Below, in pieces: positions 7,774-16,455 of a stretch of 30,722 nucleotides of DNA. How positions within the stretch are numbered: the first letter of the stretch is position 1; the number at the start of each line of letters is the position of its first letter. This stretch comes from a virus: UHGV virus genome UHGV-0024034; one strand, 5' to 3'. The translations under genes and the position numbers were made by a program. The notes under the pieces are model-generated. The model was not told the DNA's origin. It saw only the letters and a program-made list of their open reading frames with translations, and made no database searches.

Positions 7774-7968
7774 ATGCAAAATCCCCTTTCATCGAAAAAT
7801 GACCCGTTTGCCGATTGGGCAAAGAATCTGACTTTAATGGCTTTAAATAACGACCTGAGCTCTCGCGAGGTGGAAAGCTACACCGCAAAAATGGTCGAGC
7901 AGGCCGGTAAAGATGAGCTATCAGTCGTTATCAAACACCTGTTAAATCACATCAGAATGCGCAAATAA
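7774..7968 (+). CDS. Hypothetical protein
   Basis: 64-aa ORF from an internal Met of the ORF-track entry 7684..7968, whose N-terminal part lies inside repeat copy 2; weak RBS. Confidence 0.35.
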   Translation: MQNPLSSKNDPFADWAKNLTLMALNNDLSSREVESYTAKMVEQAGKDELSVVIKHLLNHIRMRK

Positions 7969-7984
7969 GAGGAACTATATAAAT

Positions 7985-8086
7985 ATGTTATCTCTCGTTT
8001 ATGAAAATCCGTGGACGACGATTTTTCTGATGATTTTTGCCAGCATGTGCCTCAACAGTGTTATTGGCGCATTGCGCGGCCATTAA
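7985..8086 (+). CDS. 33-aa hydrophobic peptide (candidate small membrane protein)
   Basis: MLSLVYENPWTTIFLMIFASMCLNSVIGALRGH; AAGAGG RBS about 11 nt upstream; followed by a strong terminator. Below the 60-aa cut-off of the ORF track. Confidence 0.3.
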   Translation: MLSLVYENPWTTIFLMIFASMCLNSVIGALRGH

Positions 8087-8104
8087 TCGCGACAAAACCA
8101 GACT

Positions 8105-8134
8105 AAAACCGGCACCCTGAATGCCGGTTTTTTT
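8105..8134 (+). terminator. Rho-independent terminator
   Basis: Stem ACCGGCA/TGCCGGT (8108..8114 / 8122..8128), 7-nt loop, then a run of seven T; preceded by an A-run, so possibly bidirectional. Confidence 0.7.
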
Positions 8135-8294
8135 ATGCCATTTTTCCGCGAATTTCCCGTTTTTTAGTCGTGCATGCATTAGGTGCATGGTTTTGCATGC
8201 GTCAGTCTTGCCCGTTCTGTCCGTGCGCCGCCAGAGCTAGCGCGGATCCAGAGTTGTCATGCAACTGCATTAAAACCGCCCCATAAAGCGGGCA

Positions 8295-8313
8295 GGCGTG
8301 GCGGGGAAAGCAT
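8295..8313 (+). other. cos: cos site, 19-nt cohesive-end sequence GGCGTGGCGGGGAAAGCAT
   Basis: Exact match to the 186 cohesive end as I recall it (P2 differs at two positions); lies between the replication side and the packaging genes, as expected in a P2-type prophage. Confidence 0.7.
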
Positions 8314-8532
8314 TGCGCGCCAGCAGTGATGCATAATAATAAAAATTATCCTCTGAGCGCGTCGTGATGGCGCTGTCGTGGTCGCTGCTGGTTCGTTGGT
8401 GGTCGAGTGTGTTCGTGCGCGTGAGACGCATCTGATGCGTGATGGTGGTGTGCATGGAAAAGCCACCAGGAGCAGCGGCTTTACAGGAGTGGCAGGATTC
8501 AAACTGCTAATTATGTTTCTACTATGATTAAA

Positions 8533-9537
8533 CTAATTTACATGTATGTAGAGTTCACCGTCGCCAGACCAATCGGGACACTCTAAAACAAGCCCAAACT
8601 GCTTGAATATTTCATCAATGATTATTGTTATCTCCCGAAAATCACCAAAACCTGTAATGTGCTGGTCATTAAACTTCCCATAAAGATTCTGAAAAGCAAT
8701 GCCTAATTCTGATAATTGATATCTTATCTTTGAGTTGGATAGTGTAAGGGATAGCTTTGGATCGTATTCTTTAATATTGATGTTTAGAGAATGGACATAA
8801 CCCATCGCATAAGCATAAGAGTTGATGATTAGCCTGATACGTTTTTTTACTTCAAGATACATGTCATTCAGAGAAATATTACCGTACTTATAACCCCAGA
8901 TGAGTTTTTCAATCTCGTCAGATACTTCATTTACAACAGTGTCAAGATTCTCTAAAAATAAATCGATAGTTTCTTGAGGGGCAGACCCCGAAGACATGTA
9001 ATTAGCGAGATATTCAGACCATGCACGCGTGGCTGAGATAAGAAGCGCGCTACCATACTCGTTGACTGTAAAGTTTTGGGCTAAGCATGTTAGTAAGTTT
9101 TTTTCATGTACGTGCACTAATTCATGGTGAATGCGATGGATGACTGCGAGGTATCCTTCTTCTTTCAGTTTTAAGAAGCTACCATCATTGAAAAGCTCAA
9201 CAAAAAAATCAATCGATAGCACAAGGGTATATTCTTCACATAGCCCATCATTGCCAATTTTTGTTACTAACTGCCCGACGGCTGCGCCCTGTTTGCTATT
9301 GGTAAATGAACTAGGGGATTTGTGTTGGTAAGAGGATGTTACCTTTTGAAGAGCTTCACTGAAGTTATAGGAAACAATCACGCATTTTAATTTGGAGATA
9401 TCAAGATTGAGATTTTTTGTTAAAGCTCGGATAGCTTCTAGTGTGAAATTACCGATATTATTTGCTTCTTGCTCAGTAGCGAAACCTTCGAGGGTTATTT
9501 TAAAATCAGTTTCCAAAATATTAATCTCCGCGCCCAT
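8533..9537 (-). CDS. AT-rich orphan protein with HExxH motif; candidate anti-phage or abortive-infection effector
   Basis: 334-aa ORF, markedly AT-rich by eye relative to the GC-rich flanks; HELVHVHE at residues 138..145 (nt 9126..9103); no resemblance to P2/186 core proteins that I recognise; lies between cos and portal gene Q. Confidence 0.6.
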   Translation of the reverse strand: MGAEINILETDFKITLEGFATEQEANNIGNFTLEAIRALTKNLNLDISKLKCVIVSYNFSEALQKVTSSYQHKSPSSFTNSKQGAAVGQLVTKIGNDGLCEEYTLVLSIDFFVELFNDGSFLKLKEEGYLAVIHRIHHELVHVHEKNLLTCLAQNFTVNEYGSALLISATRAWSEYLANYMSSGSAPQETIDLFLENLDTVVNEVSDEIEKLIWGYKYGNISLNDMYLEVKKRIRLIINSYAYAMGYVHSLNINIKEYDPKLSLTLSNSKIRYQLSELGIAFQNLYGKFNDQHITGFGDFREITIIIDEIFKQFGLVLECPDWSGDGELYIHVN

Positions 9538-9555
9538 TGTTTTGATATTCGATGC

Positions 9556-9584
9556 ACTATAGCTTTCGCAGATTGCATCTTCAA
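9556..9584 (-). promoter_or_regulatory. Putative sigma70 promoter for the AT-rich gene: -35 TTGAAG (9584..9579), 17-bp spacer, -10 TATAGT (9561..9556)
   Basis: Hexamers with canonical spacing on the minus strand in the 77-bp gap between the Q stop and the ATG at 9537; no clear Shine-Dalgarno. Confidence 0.35.
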
Positions 9585-9614
9585 TAATGAGCGCAGAGAT
9601 TGTGGCGGCCTAAG

Positions 9615-10661
9615 TTATTCTGGGTTGTCGAGGGTGTACTCTTTGAATCTGATGACCTCCATGCCGAGCCAGTCATTTACCTCCCTGAACCTGTCCTGTA
9701 GCGGCGACAGCTCGTTGCGCACAAATACCTTTGCCACCTTCTCAACATCACCGAGTGAACCGATATTCTCGGGCTTGCCGCCCATGAGCTGGAACGGTAC
9801 GCGGTGCGCGTCCATCAGATCGGCGGCACTGGCCTTCTTGATGTTGAAAAAGTCATCCTTTGTGGCGACCTCGCTCAGTGGCACGATTTTGATGCCGTCC
9901 GGTTTTCCGCCGGGAGCGTAGAAAAACAGGTTCTTAAAGTTGCCGAGCCCTTTTGAGTTGCGCATCGCCTCGCGCAGCGATTCGACGTCGGTCGCGCTCT
10001 GCGCCGGGTCAGTCACATACATGATGTAGCCTGCGTGCGCGCCGTTCTGATAATACTTGCGGCGGAACAGCGTCGCGGATTCATTCAGCCAAGCGGAATT
10101 AAGCGCGCTGAGATATTCCGGCAGACCGTAAATCTCCTGATTAATGTCGGGCTCCAGCAGGTGAAACACGGTATCAGGCGCGAACTCGTGCGGCTGGGTG
10201 AAGTTTTCCACAAACCAGAAAATCGAATCGTCGACTCCGCGTCGGGTGTATTTGGCTGGCGAGGCCAGCAGTTTGATTAACTGGCCGGTGACGCTGTGGC
10301 GCTGCTCAAGAAAGGCGTTACCGAACACCAGATAATCGAGCGCAAAGCGGCTGAAATCCTGACGGGATAACAACGGGTGCGGAATGTAGGTGCTCGCGAG
10401 CACGTTACGCTTAACATAAATTGGCGAGCTGTGATGCACGGCAGAGCGCAGGCTCTTTGCCAGCCCTGAGAAGCTGACCGGCGGCTCGTACCATTTGCCG
10501 TTACTGATGCACTCGACGTAATCCAGAATGTCGCGCTTATCGAGTACCGGCACCGGCTCGCCGAAGGTGAACGCTGTCGTTTTTGGCGGTGCGCTGGCGG
10601 TCAGTTGTTGTGGTTTGCTGGCCTTTTGTGCGTTGGCTTTACGGGATTTTTGTTTACCCAT
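9615..10661 (-). CDS. Q: Portal protein gpQ
   Basis: 348 aa; long conserved blocks shared with P2 gpQ (FTFGEPVPVLDRRDILDYVEC, LPEYLSALNSAWLNESATLFRRKYY, FFNIKKASAADL). Confidence 0.95.
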   Translation of the reverse strand: MGKQKSRKANAQKASKPQQLTASAPPKTTAFTFGEPVPVLDKRDILDYVECISNGKWYEPPVSFSGLAKSLRSAVHHSSPIYVKRNVLASTYIPHPLLSRQDFSRFALDYLVFGNAFLEQRHSVTGQLIKLLASPAKYTRRGVDDSIFWFVENFTQPHEFAPDTVFHLLEPDINQEIYGLPEYLSALNSAWLNESATLFRRKYYQNGAHAGYIMYVTDPAQSATDVESLREAMRNSKGLGNFKNLFFYAPGGKPDGIKIVPLSEVATKDDFFNIKKASAADLMDAHRVPFQLMGGKPENIGSLGDVEKVAKVFVRNELSPLQDRFREVNDWLGMEVIRFKEYTLDNPE

Positions 10662-10662
10662 T

Positions 10663-12432
10663 TTAGTTGAACTCCAGAATAGATTTAGGCTGCATGCCGC
10701 TACCGGCAGAAAGCGGTTCGTTTAACAGGGCGTGCATGGTCGCCCATGCGATATCGGCGTGGCTGGCTTCCTCGGTGCGGCTGGCCTCATAGGTGGCGCA
10801 GCGCCCGCTGCTGGTCATGGTTTTGCGGATGGACATAAACGACTGCGTGACGTCGGTTGCTCCGGCGTCGTACTCCAGACAGCCACGGCGTATGGTGTCT
10901 TTCGCCTTGAGTACCATTGCGGTTTTCATTTCAGGTGTGTAACGGATGCCGCGTGCCGCCGGGTAAAATGAGCGCACCAGCTGGAACACGCCGAGACCGA
11001 GGCCGGTTGCGTCAATGCCGATGTATTCGACGTTGTATTTCTCGGTCAGCTTGCGGATGCCCTCTGCCTGTGCTGCAAAATCCATGCCCTTCCACTGGTG
11101 GCGCTCCAGCATGCGGAACTTGCCACCAGAGACCACCGGCGGCGCGAGCACGACGCACCCGGCACTGTCGCCGGTGTGTGACGGGTCGTAGCCAATCCAG
11201 ACAGGACGAGAGCCGAACGGATGGTCGGCGAACGGGGCAAAGTCCTCCCATTCCTCCATCACATCGACCATGCAGCGCTGCAGCTCCTCGAACGGGAATA
11301 CCGACGCTTTATCGTCGACAAACTCGCACATAAACAGGTTCTTAAAGTCCTCATCACTGTTTTCGCGTTTGAGCTGGTCGAGGTCGAACAGGGTGCAGCC
11401 ACCCGCAAGGGCGTCCTCAATGGTGACAATCTGCCGCCACTGGCCATCGTCGCAGAGCTGGCCACCGGCGAGCGCGCTGTGACTGATGTCGATTTCGATG
11501 CGGTCGGCAATCCGGCTGCGCCCCTTGTTGAACAGCTCGCCAGACCAGAAGGGGTAAGCGCCGTGCGCCAGCGTGGAAGGTGTCGAAAAATAGGTCGAGC
11601 GCAGGTGCTTTTGCGAGGCCATGCCCGAGGCGACTTTGCGCAGTTTCTGAAAATTCGGGATCCAGAATATTTCATCGACATACAGATCGCCGTTATGGCT
11701 CTGCGCGGTGTTGGAATTGGTACCGAGAAAAATCAGTTTTGCGCCGTTGTTACCGATGACAATCGGGTCGCCAGTCAGATCAACGTCGACCAGTCGCGCA
11801 AACTGGATGATGTATTCGCGGAACACGTAAGCCTGCGTTTTACTGGCTGATAAAAATATCTGGTTATGGCCGGTTTTGAGTGCGCGCAGCAGTGCCTCGC
11901 GGGAGAAATAGAATGTCGCGCCAATCTGGCGGGATTTGAGAATGTCACGAATACGGTGCTCCAGTCCTGCGCGGTACCACTGCAACTGGTACTCGAAAGA
12001 CTGGTCGAAAAATAATTCCTCTAGTTTATCGATAGCCTCGTCGCTGAAAAAATTCTTTTTCGGCTTTTTGCGCTCCCCTTTGTTGCGGTTGGCGACGTTG
12101 GGGTTAAGGTCGGCTTCGTTGCCGGTCTGGCTGTAGCGGTTGACTCGCGCCAACCGTTCAATCTGCCGTCCGAGCAGGTCAATCTCTTTGAAATCACCCC
12201 CTGTCTTTTGCGGCTTGGCGATGAGCTGAATCAGCCTGGCCTCAAGGCTGCTTTCAACGCGGGAAATCGGCGCGATGCCGTCCCAGCCGTCGCGCTGCTT
12301 CCAGCTCTGCACGGTCGGGCGCTTGACCTGCAGCATTTCGGCAATCTGTGGCACGGAAAAACCCTGCCAGTAAAGCAGCGATGCCTGCCGTCGCGGGTCA
12401 TGCAACAAGGTTGTATCGGTGGAAATGGTCAT
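10663..12432 (-). CDS. P: Terminase large (ATPase) subunit gpP
   Basis: 589 aa, same size and position as P2 gpP; its stop abuts the Q start. Confidence 0.9.
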   Translation of the reverse strand: MTISTDTTLLHDPRRQASLLYWQGFSVPQIAEMLQVKRPTVQSWKQRDGWDGIAPISRVESSLEARLIQLIAKPQKTGGDFKEIDLLGRQIERLARVNRYSQTGNEADLNPNVANRNKGERKKPKKNFFSDEAIDKLEELFFDQSFEYQLQWYRAGLEHRIRDILKSRQIGATFYFSREALLRALKTGHNQIFLSASKTQAYVFREYIIQFARLVDVDLTGDPIVIGNNGAKLIFLGTNSNTAQSHNGDLYVDEIFWIPNFQKLRKVASGMASQKHLRSTYFSTPSTLAHGAYPFWSGELFNKGRSRIADRIEIDISHSALAGGQLCDDGQWRQIVTIEDALAGGCTLFDLDQLKRENSDEDFKNLFMCEFVDDKASVFPFEELQRCMVDVMEEWEDFAPFADHPFGSRPVWIGYDPSHTGDSAGCVVLAPPVVSGGKFRMLERHQWKGMDFAAQAEGIRKLTEKYNVEYIGIDATGLGLGVFQLVRSFYPAARGIRYTPEMKTAMVLKAKDTIRRGCLEYDAGATDVTQSFMSIRKTMTSSGRCATYEASRTEEASHADIAWATMHALLNEPLSAGSGMQPKSILEFN

Positions 12433-12597
12433 TGATGCCTCGCCGTAGTGGATTCAGGGCAAGGCTACTTAATGGCCGTCAGTGATTCGCTAAGGTGCTG
12501 TTGTGTGGGCGGTTGTCCAGTCGTCATTAGTGGTCTGGCGTGTCCTGAGTCTGGAAACTGGCGGTGACCAGTAACCTCAACCTCAGGACTCCTGACA
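12433..12597. promoter_or_regulatory. Divergent late-promoter region between P and O
   Basis: Positional only (P and O diverge here as in P2); I could not confidently locate an Ogr-type TGT-N12-ACA element. Confidence 0.3.
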
Positions 12598-13452
12598 ATG
12601 GCAAAAAAAGTCTCAAAATTCTTTCGCATCGGCGTCGAGGGTGACACCTGCGACGGCCGCATTATCAGCGGCAACGATATTCAGGAAATGGCCGAATCGT
12701 TTGACCCTCGCGTCTACGGTTGCCGCATTAACCTTGAGCATATTCGCGGTCTCTTTCCTGATGGCGACTTCAAACGCTTAGGCGATGTGGTTGAACTGAA
12801 AGCTGAAATAATTGACGACGATTCTGCGCTTAACGGCAAATGGGCGTTGTTCGCCAGAATCACCCCAACCGACGACCTGATTGCTATGAATAAAAAATTG
12901 CAGAAGGTCTACACCTCAATGGAAATTCAGCCGAATTTTGCCAATACCGGCAAATGCTACCTCGTCGGCCTTGCTGTCACCGATGACCCGGCGAGCCTCG
13001 GCACTGAATACCTCGAATTCTGCCGCAACGCGAAGCACAACCCGCTGCAGCGCTTTAAGACCAACCCTGAAAACGTCTTTTCCGCTGCCACTCTGGCCGA
13101 GCTGGAGTTTGAAGACGTTCCCGACACGGTGCTCAACAGCCTGGCCGATAAGGTGAAAGCCATTTTCAGCCGTAAGCAGGTCAGCGACGATGCGCGCCTG
13201 AATGATGTGCATGAAGCGGTGACCACCGTCAGCGAACATGTGCAAACCAACCTGACAAAACAGGACGAGCGCCTTTCCGCTATGGAAACCGCGTTTGCCA
13301 CTTTCAAACAGGAACTGACCGGCAAGGTTGAAGAAACCAGCCAGGCATTTTCCGACCTGAAAACCACCCTCGATAAAACCGAAAGTTTCAGCCAGCCGCG
13401 ACGCACGAAAGCCAGCGGCGGTGGTGGCGATGAGCTGCTGACAGACTGCTGA
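12598..13452 (+). CDS. O: Capsid scaffolding protein gpO
   Basis: 284 aa; conserved N-terminal region similar to P2 gpO; AGGA RBS. Confidence 0.9.
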   Translation: MAKKVSKFFRIGVEGDTCDGRIISGNDIQEMAESFDPRVYGCRINLEHIRGLFPDGDFKRLGDVVELKAEIIDDDSALNGKWALFARITPTDDLIAMNKKLQKVYTSMEIQPNFANTGKCYLVGLAVTDDPASLGTEYLEFCRNAKHNPLQRFKTNPENVFSAATLAELEFEDVPDTVLNSLADKVKAIFSRKQVSDDARLNDVHEAVTTVSEHVQTNLTKQDERLSAMETAFATFKQELTGKVEETSQAFSDLKTTLDKTESFSQPRRTKASGGGGDELLTDC

Positions 13453-13528
13453 TAAACCGCAGACCAGAAACCGGGCGGCATCCCCGCCCGATGCAGTGAC
13501 TAACCGATAAATTCAAACAGGAAATACT

Positions 13529-14596
13529 ATGCGCCCGGATACCCGTTTTAAGTTCAATGCCTATCTGACCCGCGTCGCTGAGCTGAACGGCATCAGCACT
13601 GATGACGTCAGTAAAAAATTCACCGTCGAGCCGTCCGTCACGCAAACACTGATGAACAAAGTGCAGGAGTCATCCGCGTTTCTGCAGACGATTAATATTC
13701 TGCCGGTCGCAGAAATGAAGGGTGAGAAAATCGGCGTCGGTGTGACCGGTACTATCGCCAGCACGACCGACACCTCGGGCGATGATGAGCGTAAGACCGC
13801 CGACTTCACCGCGCTTGAGTCCAACAAGTACGAGTGCGACCAAATTAATTTTGACTTCCATCTGAAATATAAAACCCTCGACCTGTGGGCGCGTTTTCAG
13901 GACTTCCAGCGCCGCATCCGCGACGCCATTGTCAAACGTCAGGCACTGGATTTCATCATGGCCGGTTTTAACGGTACCACCCGCGCCGCCACCTCTGACC
14001 GCACCAAAAATCCGATGCTGCAGGATGTGGCCGTCGGCTGGCTGCAGAAATACCGCAATGAAGCCCCGACGCGCGTGATGAGCAACATCACCGACGCTGA
14101 CGGTAAGGTCGTTTCAGCAGTGATTCGTGTAGGTCGAAACGGCGACTATGAGAACCTCGACGCGCTGGTGATGGACGCCACCAACAACCTGATTGACGAG
14201 GTTTATCAGGATGACCCGAAACTCGTTGCCATCGTTGGCCGTAAGCTGCTGGCCGACAAATATTTCCCGCTGGTGAACAAGCCGCAGGAAAACAGCGAGG
14301 CGCTTGCGGCAGATATCATCATCAGCCAGAAGCGAATCGGCAACCTGCCTGCTGTGCGTGTGCCGTACTTCCCGGCGAATGCCGTGTTAGTGACCACGCT
14401 GGAAAACCTATCTATCTATTTCATGGATGAGAGTCACCGCCGCAGCATTGATGAAAACCCGAAAAAAGACCGCGTTGAAAACTACGAGTCGATGAATATC
14501 GACTATGTGGTCGAGGCGTATGCCGCCGGGTGCCTGCTGGAAAACATCACCCTGGGCGATTTCACCGCACCTGCAGCACCGGAAAGCGGAGCCTAA
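13529..14596 (+). CDS. N: Major capsid protein gpN
   Basis: 355 aa; position and sequence character of P2 gpN. Confidence 0.9.
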   Translation: MRPDTRFKFNAYLTRVAELNGISTDDVSKKFTVEPSVTQTLMNKVQESSAFLQTINILPVAEMKGEKIGVGVTGTIASTTDTSGDDERKTADFTALESNKYECDQINFDFHLKYKTLDLWARFQDFQRRIRDAIVKRQALDFIMAGFNGTTRAATSDRTKNPMLQDVAVGWLQKYRNEAPTRVMSNITDADGKVVSAVIRVGRNGDYENLDALVMDATNNLIDEVYQDDPKLVAIVGRKLLADKYFPLVNKPQENSEALAADIIISQKRIGNLPAVRVPYFPANAVLVTTLENLSIYFMDESHRRSIDENPKKDRVENYESMNIDYVVEAYAAGCLLENITLGDFTAPAAPESGA

Positions 14597-14599
14597 ACC

Positions 14600-15349
14600 A
14601 TGACGAGCCCCGCACAGCGTCACATGATGCGGGTCTCGGCCTCTCAAGCCGCGCAGCGGGAGCAAGCCCCGCTGCGCCATGCAACCGCCTATGAGCAGAT
14701 GCTGGTTAAGCTGGCCGATGACCGCCGCACGTTAAAAAACATCCGTTCAAACGAACGTAAAGCCGAGAAAAAGCGCGAGCTGCTGCCGTTCTATGCGCCG
14801 TGGGTCGCCGGTGTGCTGGCTGATGGCCGTGGTGCGCAGGATGACATTGTCATGACCGTCATGCTGTGGCGTCTCGATGCCGGTGATATCGCTGGCGCGC
14901 TGGAAATTGCCCCGTACGCGCTGAAATACGGCCTCACCTCTGACCACCGCCGCACAACACCTTACATGCTGGTTGAGGAAGTGGCGCTTGCTGCGCAGCG
15001 CCTGCGCGATGCCGGTGAGTCTGTCGACCTTTCCTGGCTGCAGACCACTATCGACCTGACCGACGGCGCTGACGTTCCCGATATGGTGCGCGCCCGTCTG
15101 CATAAGGTGACAGGCCTGACCCTGCGTGATGCCGGTATGAATGCAGAGGCGCTGGCGCAGTTTCAGCGCGCGATGCAGCTCGACCGCAATGCCGGTGTGC
15201 GCAAGGAGATTGAGCGACTGGAACGGGCATTGAAGCCAAAGCCAGAGGCCGCGCCCCGTAAAACGACTAAACCGCGCACGCGCAAACCTGCCAACAAACC
15301 GGCGGCAAAGCGCGGGCGTCCACCAAAGGCGGTAAAAACCGCCGGTTAA
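14600..15349 (+). CDS. M: Terminase small (endonuclease) subunit gpM
   Basis: 249 aa with a basic Lys/Arg/Pro-rich C-terminal tail; follows N as in P2. Confidence 0.85.
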   Translation: MTSPAQRHMMRVSASQAAQREQAPLRHATAYEQMLVKLADDRRTLKNIRSNERKAEKKRELLPFYAPWVAGVLADGRGAQDDIVMTVMLWRLDAGDIAGALEIAPYALKYGLTSDHRRTTPYMLVEEVALAAQRLRDAGESVDLSWLQTTIDLTDGADVPDMVRARLHKVTGLTLRDAGMNAEALAQFQRAMQLDRNAGVRKEIERLERALKPKPEAAPRKTTKPRTRKPANKPAAKRGRPPKAVKTAG

Positions 15350-15442
15350 CTGAACGCTCCCCGAGCCGGGCGGCACGCCGGTCAAAGCGGGTTTTGACCC
15401 TGACGGCGACCGGCGTCCACCGCCCAACCTAATGAGGTTGTC

Positions 15443-15952
15443 ATGACGACAGTAATACTGAATCAGCCCGACGAACCGCAGGACGTACCGGGCGTGGTGA
15501 TTCCCGCACCGGAGACGGGCGACGCAGTGATTAAAAACACGTTCTTTTTCCCTGATGTGGATCCGAAGCGGGTGCGCGAACTGATGCGCCTTGAGCAGAC
15601 GGTTTCCGATGCGCGCCTGCGCAACGCCATCAAGACCGGCATGGCGGAAACCAATGCGGAGCTTTACGACTACCGGCTGCGCCAGATTGCCGCAGGGTTT
15701 AAGACACTGGCCGACGTGCCTGACTCCGAGGAAATCGACGGCGAGAATGTGCGCGTTTTCCACTACCTCAGCGCCGTGACGGCGATGGCGACCGCCACCC
15801 TGTATGAGCGTTATCGCGGGGTTGAGGCCACGGGCAAGGGTGACAAAAAAGCCGACAGCGTCGAAACCACCATTGATGACCTGTGGCGGGATATGCGCTG
15901 GTCGGTCTCGCGTCTGCAGGACAAGCCGCGCTGCATCGTGGGTCAGCTCTGA
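15443..15952 (+). CDS. L: Head completion/stabilisation protein gpL
   Basis: 169 aa; size and position of P2 gpL. Confidence 0.85.
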   Translation: MTTVILNQPDEPQDVPGVVIPAPETGDAVIKNTFFFPDVDPKRVRELMRLEQTVSDARLRNAIKTGMAETNAELYDYRLRQIAAGFKTLADVPDSEEIDGENVRVFHYLSAVTAMATATLYERYRGVEATGKGDKKADSVETTIDDLWRDMRWSVSRLQDKPRCIVGQL

Positions 15953-16155
15953 TGAAAGTCTACGCGATGCAGGGCGACACCCTCGACGCGCTTTGCGCCC
16001 GGTATTACGGGCGCACTGAGGGCGTGGTCGAGACGGTGCTGCAGGCTAATCCCGGTCTGTCTGAGCTGGGCGTCATTCTGCCGCATGGCACGGCGATTGA
16101 CCTGCCCGACGTGGCATCGTCACCCGTAACAGAAACTATCAACCTTTGGGAGTAA
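15952..16155 (+). CDS. X: Tail protein gpX
   Basis: 67 aa from MKVYAMQGDTLDALCARYYGRTEGVVETVL..., near-identical in pattern to P2 gpX; ATGA overlap with the L stop. Confidence 0.85.
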   Translation: MKVYAMQGDTLDALCARYYGRTEGVVETVLQANPGLSELGVILPHGTAIDLPDVASSPVTETINLWE

Positions 16156-16158
16156 ACC

Positions 16159-16455
16159 ATGACAGAAGGGGAAAAAGGCGTCCTGTCACTGTTTGTGATT
16201 GGCGTGATGATTGTTGTCGGAAAAGTGCTGGCGGGTGGTGAGCCCATTACCCCGCGCCTGTTTATCGGCCGCATGCTGCTCGGCGGTTTTGTTTCAATGG
16301 TCGCCGGTGTTGTTCTGGTGCAGTTTCCAGATATGTCACTGCCTGCCGTTTGCGGGATTGGATCCATGCTCGGCATTGCAGGTTATCAGGTGGTGGAAAT
16401 CGCCATTCAGCGCCGCTTTAAGTCACAACAGGGGGATAGCGATGCCGGTCATTAA
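16159..16455 (+). CDS. Y: Holin gpY
   Basis: 98 aa with hydrophobic transmembrane segments; first gene of the lysis cassette. Confidence 0.8.
   Translation: MTEGEKGVLSLFVIGVMIVVGKVLAGGEPITPRLFIGRMLLGGFVSMVAGVVLVQFPDMSLPAVCGIGSMLGIAGYQVVEIAIQRRFKSQQGDSDAGH

Noticed and set aside
9131-9921. Plus-strand ORFs (9131..9331, 9469..9921)
   Set aside because: Antisense to the AT-rich cargo gene and to portal gene Q; no translation signals.
11221-11850. 209-aa plus-strand ORF
   Set aside because: Antisense to the terminase gene P.
12433-12597. Ogr-type TGT-N12-ACA activator site in the P/O divergent region
   Set aside because: I could not find a convincing match by eye here or upstream of V and FI; a position-weight-matrix scan would be needed, so no specific site is annotated.
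12957-13481. 174-aa minus-strand ORF
   Set aside because: Antisense to scaffold gene O.
14747-15763. 338-aa minus-strand ORF
   Set aside because: Lies entirely antisense to the clearly homologous gpM and gpL genes; long stop-free antisense frames are expected in GC-rich DNA.
16211-16441. N-terminal extension of the endolysin ORF (ORF track 16211..16939)
   Set aside because: Homology to P2 gpK begins at MPVINTHQ (16442), which has a good RBS; the upstream part overlaps the holin gene in another frame.
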